Below, one piece after another: positions 24,771-32,000 of a stretch of DNA of 32,000 nt. Numbering within the stretch: position 1 is the first letter of the stretch; the number at the start of each line of letters is the position of its first letter. The notes under the pieces are model-generated. The model did no database searches and was not told where the DNA came from. It saw only the letters and a program-made list of their open reading frames with translations. A program made the translations under genes and the position numbers. The DNA lies in the NCBI RefSeq assembly GCF_008000775.2, contig NZ_CP042905.2, positions 3,180,001 to 3,212,000 of the forward strand. The letters run 5' to 3'. The stretch is from Promethearchaeum syntrophicum. Lineage in GTDB: Archaea; Asgardarchaeota; Lokiarchaeia; Sigyniarchaeales; Promethearchaeaceae.

Positions 24771-26201
24771 ATGGAAGAGAAACCTCAAAAGCGGAAAAGG
24801 AAATTAAATCTTCAAAAACCGTCTGGGACTATTGACTTTTTTCCAGAAGAAATGGAAAAACGACGGTGGCTTATTAGAACTATCGAAGATCTCTTTAGAA
24901 AATTCGGGTTAGAGCAAATTGAAATACCGATGTATGATTTTTTCGAATTATACAAAGTGCGCTCTGGAGAAAAAATAATTAATGATATCTTTACTTTTTA
25001 TGATCCCCCAAAACACCGTGTTGAGGAAAATCCCCCACTCTATGCATTACGACCAGAATATACTGCTTCATTAGTGCGTTGTTATAATTCAACTGAATTG
25101 ATGTATAGGCCTAAACCTCAGAAATTTTTCTATATTGGACCATGTTATAGGTATGATGAACCCAAAAAAGGAAGATATCGACAATTTACGCAAGCAGGGA
25201 TAGAGATATACGGATCAGACACAACATCAGCGGATGCTGAAATGTTAATAGTGGCCATTGAACTGATGAAGAAACTAGGAATCAAGGACTATGTTCTCAG
25301 AATTAACGATTTAACTATTTTAAGAACATATTTACAATCTAATAATTTGGAACTTGAAGCACAAAATAAAATATTTGGGATCATCGATCGGATAACTAGT
25401 TCTTTACGGAAAGGGGAAATAGGGGCAATTCCAGATTTTAAAGAGCAAGATTATATTGATGATTATTATGCCTCTATGAATGATTTAGGAACAGATCGGA
25501 AGATTATTGAGAAATTAGAATCCTTTTTATATCTAGTGGGAACTCCTTCTAAAGTTCAAAAAGAACTGCAAAAACTCTTCAAATCCGAACCAGAGATGTT
25601 AATAATTATTCAAAATTCAAGGTTGCCAGAAGTCTGTGAATTAATCGAAGCAGCAGGAGTAAAGAAGAATGAGTATGTACTTGATTATGGAATCTCGCGT
25701 GGACTAGATTATTATACGAATACTGTTTTTGAAATAGATGTTCCTTCCCTTGGAACAGAAAAACAAGTTTGTGGAGGAGGCCGCTATAATAGCTTGATTA
25801 AGGAATTTGGGGGAGAAGAGACCCCTGCATTAGGTTTCTCATTTGGATTTGAACGTTTACTCATTGCTTTGGAAAATCAAGGCTCCATTAAAGAAAATCG
25901 CCCCCGAGCGGACGTATTTATTGGAACTAAAGAAGATACTCGTAAATTTGGATTGAAAATTGCTCAAAAATTGCGTAATTCTGATCTCTCAGTAGAGATT
26001 GATATTAATAACCGTTCATTTAAGAATGTAAGTTCATTAGTTGATCGTTTGAAGATCCCCTTTCTATTATTTATTGGTCCAAGAGAGTTTGAATCTGGCA
26101 AGTTTACCTTAAAGAATTTTATTACCAAAGAACAATATCAAGAAATTAGCTTAAAAGATGTTGTAAAAGATATCAAACAATATAAAAAAAACAAGAAGTA
26201 A
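24771..26201 (+). CDS. hisS: histidine--tRNA ligase (HisRS, class IIa)
   Basis: Motif 2 is FFYIGPCYRYDEPKKGRYRQFTQAGIEIYG and motif 3 is CGGGRYNSLI. The protein also has LRPEYTAS, a C-terminal anticodon-binding domain and a basic N-terminal extension (MEEKPQKRKRKLNLQK). Confidence 0.95.
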   Translation: MEEKPQKRKRKLNLQKPSGTIDFFPEEMEKRRWLIRTIEDLFRKFGLEQIEIPMYDFFELYKVRSGEKIINDIFTFYDPPKHRVEENPPLYALRPEYTASLVRCYNSTELMYRPKPQKFFYIGPCYRYDEPKKGRYRQFTQAGIEIYGSDTTSADAEMLIVAIELMKKLGIKDYVLRINDLTILRTYLQSNNLELEAQNKIFGIIDRITSSLRKGEIGAIPDFKEQDYIDDYYASMNDLGTDRKIIEKLESFLYLVGTPSKVQKELQKLFKSEPEMLIIIQNSRLPEVCELIEAAGVKKNEYVLDYGISRGLDYYTNTVFEIDVPSLGTEKQVCGGGRYNSLIKEFGGEETPALGFSFGFERLLIALENQGSIKENRPRADVFIGTKEDTRKFGLKIAQKLRNSDLSVEIDINNRSFKNVSSLVDRLKIPFLLFIGPREFESGKFTLKNFITKEQYQEISLKDVVKDIKQYKKNKK

Positions 26202-26223
26202 AACAAATCCAATTTTTCTTTTT

Positions 26224-26802
26224 TCAGCTCGATTTTATCCTACTTAACACCAAAATGGTAAGCCAAACGAAGAAGCTCCGCAAGAAAAACACAACCCCGA
26301 CAAAAAGGATACTAAATTTAATAGTAGCCATAATACCTGCAATCAAGGGGATAACTGGTGAAAAAACTGAAGGATTATTTAGCATAGTAAGCAGAAGAAT
26401 ATTTTCAATACAATCAAAAACCCCTGCCAAGAAGGGAGTAAAAGTCATATAAAGCCCAATGAGCTGAGTTTTTCCTGTAAGTTTACGGGAGACCAGGAGG
26501 ATTAATCCCGCAAGAAGCGCTCCGTAGCTCAGGATATATAAGAAGTCCCAATATATTCCATTAGCATGCAAAATCATTCCATCTGAGCCCCAAGCTGCAA
26601 AAATTTCAGATATTCGACTAGCCGTCCAAGCAAATTCAAAATCTAAAATGCCATAATTAGGAACTTCTTTTGGTAAGGAAGCAAAGATAAGCTGGTTAAT
26701 TAGAAGGAAAATTGTTAATCCAATGCATGTTATTAAGAGAATTACCCAATTTCTCGGGGATTTTTTCATTTTATCGATGTTCAATTTAATTTTCCTCTTC
26801 AT
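26224..26802 (-). CDS. hypothetical membrane protein
   Basis: 192 aa with ~5 hydrophobic segments. Its start overlaps the upstream ORF by 17 nt, which implies an operon. Confidence 0.6.
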   Translation of the reverse strand: MKRKIKLNIDKMKKSPRNWVILLITCIGLTIFLLINQLIFASLPKEVPNYGILDFEFAWTASRISEIFAAWGSDGMILHANGIYWDFLYILSYGALLAGLILLVSRKLTGKTQLIGLYMTFTPFLAGVFDCIENILLLTMLNNPSVFSPVIPLIAGIMATIKFSILFVGVVFFLRSFFVWLTILVLSRIKSS

Positions 26803-27637
26803 CTTTAAAATTAGGAACTTTTTTCTTAAAAGCGAGGTCTTCTAAGGATACTACGGAATTACCTGAATTTTTAGTATATTTATTTTTTTTGTCAAAATCC
26901 GAAAGAATATTCATAAGATCTGGGTCATTTTTACTTGATTTTTTATTGTTATCTCCAGATTTTTTATTTTTTTTATCGTGGTTTTCTTCTGAAATCCTGA
27001 TTGGTGATGTTTCTGATGACCATTCAATCCAATCTTCGGTTTTCTCCGATGAAAGACGTTTCGGGATTGGAGTCAGTGTATATTTTTTTTGAGAATCGTG
27101 GGAAGGATGAGAATTTTGGATTTGTTTAGGTTTTACAAGATTAGAAGTATTCTGAGATTTTTTAATAGGTATAGGTTTGGGAGGTTTCTTTAGATTTTCT
27201 CTTGATGTTTCTGAAATATTTACAACTGTTTCTTTAAAAATTTCAACTAAATCAGGGTATTGGGAAATATCATCTTTAAGTTTTTGCAATTCTGTAAAAT
27301 CTGATTTATCTTCCCAATTTTCAGTTGCAGTTTTTTTTAATTGTTCAGCTTTGAAAGTTTTTCCAGTAATTTTTTCCAATCGTTCGATCATTTCTTTTAA
27401 GTACATCACAATTTCTGTCTGCGTTAAATCCCTGCTTGAAATTTCACTTGATCTGTATTTAGTTTGGAAATAGGAATACTCATCAGATATTAACCCAAAG
27501 ATTTTAGTAATTGATATAAACTGATCTACTAAAAGAAATATCGATATATGGGCTTTTTTTTGTTGCAATTCACGGATAAACTTTGAAAAATCTAAATTTA
27601 GCTGATCAAATGAATCTGGATTATCTTTCATTCTCAA
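26786..27637 (-). CDS. hypothetical protein (helical N-domain, low-complexity charged C-half)
   Basis: 283 aa. The N-terminal ~150 aa are helical and the C-terminal half is rich in K/S/N/P/E (KPPKPIPIKKSQNTSN...KKNKKSGDNNKKSSKN). No family recognised. Confidence 0.5.
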   Translation of the reverse strand: MRMKDNPDSFDQLNLDFSKFIRELQQKKAHISIFLLVDQFISITKIFGLISDEYSYFQTKYRSSEISSRDLTQTEIVMYLKEMIERLEKITGKTFKAEQLKKTATENWEDKSDFTELQKLKDDISQYPDLVEIFKETVVNISETSRENLKKPPKPIPIKKSQNTSNLVKPKQIQNSHPSHDSQKKYTLTPIPKRLSSEKTEDWIEWSSETSPIRISEENHDKKNKKSGDNNKKSSKNDPDLMNILSDFDKKNKYTKNSGNSVVSLEDLAFKKKVPNFKDEEEN

Positions 27638-27774
27638 TAAAATTCAATTTTTAAACCTTAAAATTTTTTTAGAAAAAACAAAAGGAATGATAAAAAGAAA
27701 AAAAAAGGATTATCTAATCTGAATCTTGGATTCAAAATATCTATAATTCAATAGAATCAATCTAAAAAAAATTT

Positions 27775-28026
27775 TTAATATCGATCGCGTCGTTCTCGAG
27801 CTTGGAATGGAGCAGCCTCTGTAACATTTACATTTTTTGCTTCCAATCCTTTCTCGCCTTGATTAACATCGAATTCGACCTTATCATTTTCATTTAAATT
27901 TGCAAATTCGTCGTTCTTAGTAACAATTGCTGTGTGATGTACAAATACATCCTTGTCTCCTTCATCGGGGGTTATAAACCCGAACCCCTTACGGGCATTG
28001 AACCATTTTACTACGCCTGTGGCCAT
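27775..28026 (-). CDS. csp: cold-shock domain protein (CspA family) with a short basic C-terminal tail
   Basis: [34 protein letters not shown] contains the RNP1 (KGFGFI) and RNP2 (VFVHH) motifs. The start is trimmed to the ATG at 28026. Confidence 0.9.
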   Translation of the reverse strand: MATGVVKWFNARKGFGFITPDEGDKDVFVHHTAIVTKNDEFANLNENDKVEFDVNQGEKGLEAKNVNVTEAAPFQARERRDRY

Positions 28027-28263
28027 ATTTTTCACGTATTTTATATATTTTTTCAAAGGAATTTTTGAATTTTTTAAAATTGGTAATTTGAATCTAAGAA
28101 ATATTACATTATTGAAAAGAAGAATTTATTCCAAAAGAACCATGTTCTATTAAAAATTTTCTGCTCTCATTGCAGACTACTAATCTTACCTAAGAAAAAT
28201 AATCATCCTTCTGTATAAAAGTTTCTGATAATAATTTTCAAATTCGATGAATAATATTTAATT

Positions 28264-29100
28264 TTGAAAAATCTCATGCTTGAAAACAAAAAATTATTCA
28301 TTTTAGACATGGATGGAGTGATATTTTTAGGGCAAAAAGAACCTATCCCATCAGGAATTAGAGCAGTCCAGAAACTTCGTTCAATGGGAAAGCAAGTGGT
28401 TTTTTTAACAAATAATTCATCCAAATCAAGAGATTCATATAAGCAATTTCTATCTCATATTGGAATAACGTGTGAAATCGAGGATATCTATACATCTGGA
28501 TATCTTACTGCCCAAATCCTTTCGAGATTATATCCATCAGCAACAATTTTTGTTATTGGAGAAGAGGGGCTAATATCCGAATTAAAATTAGAAGGATTTA
28601 AAATTCTTAATGAAGAATTTCCAAATGTTGAGAATGAAGAACTGATTCCAAACAATATGGAAGCAGATTTGGTTGTTGTAGGTTGGGATAGAAAAGTAAC
28701 CTATAATAAATTGCGAACTGCTATGACCTTGATAAAAAAAGGGGCAAAATTTTATGCGACTAATGATGACGCTTCATTTCCCGCACCGAATAATCAATTA
28801 TGGCCTGGAACCGGAGCAATAGTTGCATTTTTATCGACTGCACTAAACGAGAAACCAGAAAAAATATTTGGTAAACCAAACCCCGAAGGCATTCTATCAG
28901 TCCTTAAAAATTATAACATATTACCCAGTGAAGCGGTGTTAATTGGAGATCGATTAAACACAGATATCCTTGGAGGAAACCGAGCCGGAATTGTCACTAT
29001 TGCAGTTGAAACGGGAATAAATAATCGGAAGGATCTAGTAAATACTCCTCACGATCAACATCCAACGTATTTTTTTACGAATCTTGACGAGCTTTTATAG
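28264..29100 (+). CDS. HAD-superfamily hydrolase, subfamily IIA (NagD-like phosphatase)
   Basis: FILDMDGVIFLG (motif I DxDG), FLTNNSS (motif II), GKPNP (motif III Lys) and IGDRLNTDILGG (motif IV). The start is TTG 28264 or ATG 28276. Confidence 0.85.
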   Translation: MKNLMLENKKLFILDMDGVIFLGQKEPIPSGIRAVQKLRSMGKQVVFLTNNSSKSRDSYKQFLSHIGITCEIEDIYTSGYLTAQILSRLYPSATIFVIGEEGLISELKLEGFKILNEEFPNVENEELIPNNMEADLVVVGWDRKVTYNKLRTAMTLIKKGAKFYATNDDASFPAPNNQLWPGTGAIVAFLSTALNEKPEKIFGKPNPEGILSVLKNYNILPSEAVLIGDRLNTDILGGNRAGIVTIAVETGINNRKDLVNTPHDQHPTYFFTNLDELL

Positions 29101-29155
29101 AGAACTTTTTTTAAGAATTAAGGTTTTTAAAAGCTAGAAAAAATATTTAACTTTT

Positions 29156-29980
29156 TTGAGGAAGATTTTTTTGGAGAAAAATAAAGATATTAACGAGTTA
29201 ATTGCTCGTCTCGGAGATCGTAATACAAAAGCTCGACTCGACGCTGCTAATATGTTAGCAAGATTAGGAAATAAAGCATTAGAACCTGTGACCAACCTTT
29301 TAAATCATGATGATTCTTCGTATCGACGCATTGCCGCATACATTCTTGGAAAAATTGGAAATACTGTAGGAGATTCAGATTCAGTTGAAAGTTTAGTTGA
29401 AAATTTAGTTGAATCTTTAGGAGATGATTCACCAGATGTTAGAAAGAGCTCAGCTCAAGCATTAAATAGAATTGGAAAACCATCAATTCAACCACTAATA
29501 AAAGCTTTAGGAAATATTTCAAAAGATGTACGAGCCAGTGCAGTATGGGCATTAAGCAAAATGGGAAATATGGTAGTGAACCCATTATTAGAAGTCTTAA
29601 ACAGCCCAGTTAAAGATGTACGAGCCAGTGCAGTATGGGCATTATCCAAAGTTGGAAATCCATCTATAGCCGGTTTAATTAGCTTAATGGAAGATCCAGA
29701 CAAAAATACCCGTGAATCAGCAATTTGGGGTCTCGCAAAAATTGGAGCTCCTGCAATTGAGAAACTTGCGGAAAAATGGCACGTAAGAATTGGTAGTGAG
29801 GCGCTTGAGGGAGAAAATGAGACAGATTCTGTTGATATTTCTGATTTGATCTCAGGTGGAGAGGCTTCAATCAAACAGTGGATAAAATTCATGATAGATA
29901 ATCGTGCGCCGAAACCAGATGAATTCACTCCTGAGGTATCTGAAGACGAAGAAAAACCTAAATCAGAAGATAGTGAGTAA
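29156..29980 (+). CDS. HEAT-repeat (PBS-lyase-type) protein with an acidic C-terminal tail
   Basis: Repeated D/SxxVRxSAxxALxxxGxxxxxxL units, for example DVRASAVWALSKMGN, DVRASAVWALSKVGN and NTRESAIWGLAKIGA. No ATG lies near the 5' end, so a TTG start is likely. Confidence 0.8.
   Translation: MRKIFLEKNKDINELIARLGDRNTKARLDAANMLARLGNKALEPVTNLLNHDDSSYRRIAAYILGKIGNTVGDSDSVESLVENLVESLGDDSPDVRKSSAQALNRIGKPSIQPLIKALGNISKDVRASAVWALSKMGNMVVNPLLEVLNSPVKDVRASAVWALSKVGNPSIAGLISLMEDPDKNTRESAIWGLAKIGAPAIEKLAEKWHVRIGSEALEGENETDSVDISDLISGGEASIKQWIKFMIDNRAPKPDEFTPEVSEDEEKPKSEDSE
29522..29644 (+). repeat. perfect 33-nt duplication at 90-nt spacing inside the HEAT-repeat gene
   Basis: aaagatgtacgagccagtgcagtatgggcatta occurs at 29522-29554 and again at 29612-29644, 33/33 identical. 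Confidence 0.9.
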
Positions 29981-30019
29981 AAAACTCGTTTTATTCAAAT
30001 AATATAATAATAATTTCAA

Positions 30020-30029
30020 TTTTTTTTTT
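30020..30029 (+). terminator. oligo-T tract between convergent genes
   Basis: T10 run 40 nt after the HEAT-gene stop and immediately beyond the kae1-bud32 stop. Confidence 0.35.
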
Positions 30030-30033
30030 CAAA

Positions 30034-31779
30034 TTATTTAGTTGATTCTTTATTTCTTTCAATATTATAGCGACCGCGTAATTCTATTTGGTTTATTCTT
30101 GAAATTATAGCTTGAATTTCATTTTGATCTGAATTTTCGAATTTAGAGTAACCCAGAATAAATTGATCGTAGAGAAATGGAAAATATTTGCCATGAGTAC
30201 TACTGATAACTCGCTTGAATAAATGCAAATCCATAGCTTTCTCTTCAATTCCAATATCGCTCTCCGCTAAACCAAAATCTATGAAAAATAATTCACCCTT
30301 TTGGGTATAAATTATATTGGATGTAGTCAAATCTCCATGCATACGCATTGTTTGATGGATTTTTGCTAACCAATATCCAATTTCTCGAAATATTTTCTCT
30401 AATTCTTTATTTGATAAATCAGGAATCACATCTTTTAATCTAGATCCCTTTATGTATTGCATCACAATTAATCCCTTATTGGGATTGATTTCAAATATCG
30501 ATGGAACTGGGATTCCACATTTGAATAATTCAATTAAAGTTCGCCCCTCTTTAATTGTGCGTGAATATCGTAGGTTACTATCAATTTCACTAATTCTGTA
30601 TTCTTTTGAAAGTCGATACTTAATTAAAACATCGCGATTAAACCATTTAGAATGAATTAAAACAGCTTCTGCCCCACGTCGTATGATTTCGCCTGTAAAA
30701 TTGAACTCTTGTAAAATAGTTTGCTCAGACTTTTTTAGTTCAATTATAGGTTTCTCTTTTTTAGATTCATTAACTTTATCTTTCAGACTATTACGCCAAG
30801 GAATAGGTACCTCATCCATTCTCCACTTAGGTAAGATTTTAGTTTCAGAAATTTCGGTTTTTTTTGATGTTTTATATTGTAAGATACCTGTCCAAGCAAT
30901 CATTGCTCCATTATCGCCTGCATATTTTAGGGGGACAACATGAAATTCAATCTTATGCTCATCGCTTATATTTGAAATCATTTCCTGTAATCTTTTATTT
31001 GCTGCGACGCCTCCAGTTACTAAAACCGAATTTTTCTCAGTATGCGCGATTGCCCGTTCTGAAACTTCAGCTAACATTGAATATGAAGTCTCTTGAAGAG
31101 AATAGAACAGATCGGCTTGATTTTTTTTACTAGTTTCTTCTTTTGACTTTTTCCAGATTGCAGTATAAAGTCCAGAAAATGACAGATCCATCCCTTTGAC
31201 GATATATGGAAGATTAATATAATTTGTTCCATATTTTGCAATTTCTTCGATTTTTGGACCCCCCGGATGAGGAATGCCATAATCTCGGGCAACCATATCG
31301 ATCATATTGCCAATTGCCAAATCTAAAGTTTCTCCAAAAATCTGATACATACCCGAATCAAAAGCACTTATTATTGTATTTCCTCCTGAAACATAAACCG
31401 TAACAGGATCATATACATTACATAAGAGTCGTCCAATTTCTACATGGGCGATACAATGATTTACTCCAACTATAGGAATGTTTAACTGCAATGATAGAGA
31501 ACGGGAGATTGCTGCTCCAACACGTAGACAAGGTCCTAACCCAGGTCCTTGACTGAAAGCAATGAGGTCTAAATCGGAAAATTCAATATTTGCTTTTGAA
31601 ATGGCTTGTTTTAAAACTGTATCAAAAACCGTGTAATGATGTTCGACAACATCAACCGGTTTTAAGCCTCCCGTTTGGGGTTTAAATGCATCTGAGATGA
31701 GGCTTAAAATTTTCCCCTCATCATTCACTATCCCAACGCTAAATGTATGTGCTGTTGATTCAATTCCCAAACAAAGCAT
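30034..31779 (-). CDS. kae1-bud32: Kae1-Bud32 fusion protein (tRNA t6A37 threonylcarbamoyltransferase fused to Bud32 kinase/ATPase)
   Basis: The N-terminal half is MLCLGIESTAHTFSVGIV...HCIAHVEIG...GGVAANKRL (Kae1/ASKHA fold). The C-terminal half is RGAEAVLI...HGDLTTSNIIY...FIDFGLAE (Bud32 RIO-like kinase). The start is trimmed to the ATG at 31779. Confidence 0.92.
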   Translation of the reverse strand: MLCLGIESTAHTFSVGIVNDEGKILSLISDAFKPQTGGLKPVDVVEHHYTVFDTVLKQAISKANIEFSDLDLIAFSQGPGLGPCLRVGAAISRSLSLQLNIPIVGVNHCIAHVEIGRLLCNVYDPVTVYVSGGNTIISAFDSGMYQIFGETLDLAIGNMIDMVARDYGIPHPGGPKIEEIAKYGTNYINLPYIVKGMDLSFSGLYTAIWKKSKEETSKKNQADLFYSLQETSYSMLAEVSERAIAHTEKNSVLVTGGVAANKRLQEMISNISDEHKIEFHVVPLKYAGDNGAMIAWTGILQYKTSKKTEISETKILPKWRMDEVPIPWRNSLKDKVNESKKEKPIIELKKSEQTILQEFNFTGEIIRRGAEAVLIHSKWFNRDVLIKYRLSKEYRISEIDSNLRYSRTIKEGRTLIELFKCGIPVPSIFEINPNKGLIVMQYIKGSRLKDVIPDLSNKELEKIFREIGYWLAKIHQTMRMHGDLTTSNIIYTQKGELFFIDFGLAESDIGIEEKAMDLHLFKRVISSTHGKYFPFLYDQFILGYSKFENSDQNEIQAIISRINQIELRGRYNIERNKESTK

Positions 31780-31858
31780 AAAAAATCCTCTTACTCCCCA
31801 AAATCCCATTTACTTAAATAATTATATCTAAGAAAAAAAATAGAAATCAATATTAATT

Positions 31859-32000
31859 TTAGCGCGCTTTATGTTTCGCCGGAATTACTTTTCCAGTCTT
31901 TTTGAACATCGTATACCCACATCGGCCACAATGCTGACGATCGTAGTGATCAGCCATAAAATTACCTGGTCCACATTTAGGACAAGTTTCTCGTGATCGA
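31859..32000 (-). CDS. rps27ae: 30S ribosomal protein S27ae, C-terminal part (5' end outside the window)
   Basis: My own reverse-complement translation gives ...[46 protein letters not shown], which contains the S27ae zinc ribbon CPxCG...CGxCG. The ORF is not in the track because of edge truncation. Confidence 0.85.
   Translation of the reverse strand, partial: RSRETCPKCGPGNFMADHYDRQHCGRCGYTMFKKTGKVIPAKHKAR

Noticed and set aside
29247-29928. Antisense ORFs 29247-29432, 29488-29928 and 29679-29870 opposite the HEAT-repeat gene
   Set aside because: These are shadow frames of a repeat-rich gene. The plus-strand HEAT periodicity explains the open antisense frames.
30452-31292. ORFs 30452-30655(+), 30683-30943(+), 30864-31133(+) and 31071-31292(-) within kae1-bud32
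   Set aside because: All are nested in a strongly supported Kae1-Bud32 frame and are shadow ORFs.
31780-31809. N-terminal extensions proposed by the ORF track (Kae1 from 31809, Csp from 28056, secreted protein from 23512, SRPBCC from 14044)
   Set aside because: Internal ATGs give canonical family N-termini ([19 protein letters not shown], signal peptide MKTKNIK..., MSESS). The extensions add non-conserved residues, some from TTG or GTG codons.

Overview
AT-rich archaeal chromosomal window. The information-processing genes are all of archaeal type: aIF5B, S6e, L24e, S28e, L7Ae, RpoN/Rpo10, S27ae, a Kae1-Bud32 fusion and HisRS. There are also two intron-containing tRNA genes with canonical bulge-helix-bulge splice motifs. 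The lineage cannot be fixed from sequence alone. Housekeeping genes are interleaved with accessory material, and I found no rRNA, CRISPR array, transposase or integrase. Five things stand out. (1) A tRNA-Arg-flanking cluster at 605-3758 holds an FRG-domain protein translationally coupled to a zinc-ribbon protein with a C-terminal Rx4H motif. This pair is convergent with a protein carrying a TIGR02391/Ymh-type RNPKAH (HEPN-like) domain, so the cluster is a candidate uncharacterised defence or toxin module. (2) A 754-aa SIR2-like domain with N and H catalytic residues intact is fused to about nine 40-residue TPR units (16702-18966), next to tRNA-His. (3) A degenerate direct copy of the tRNA-His 3' half lies exactly 800 bp downstream of the real one, bracketing a single cargo ORF like an att relic. 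(4) The tRNA-His(GUG) gene has no encoded G-1, an A1:U72 pair and an A73 discriminator. (5) A 963-aa TrmB-like protein has its wHTH and C-terminal domains separated by a roughly 730-aa coiled coil. Smaller observations are a duplicated UGAUGAGGUU element in the L7Ae leader, triplicated palindromic operator-like sites beside a wHTH regulator, and a 44-bp intergenic direct repeat. All protein-family calls rest on motif recognition by eye, not on database searches.
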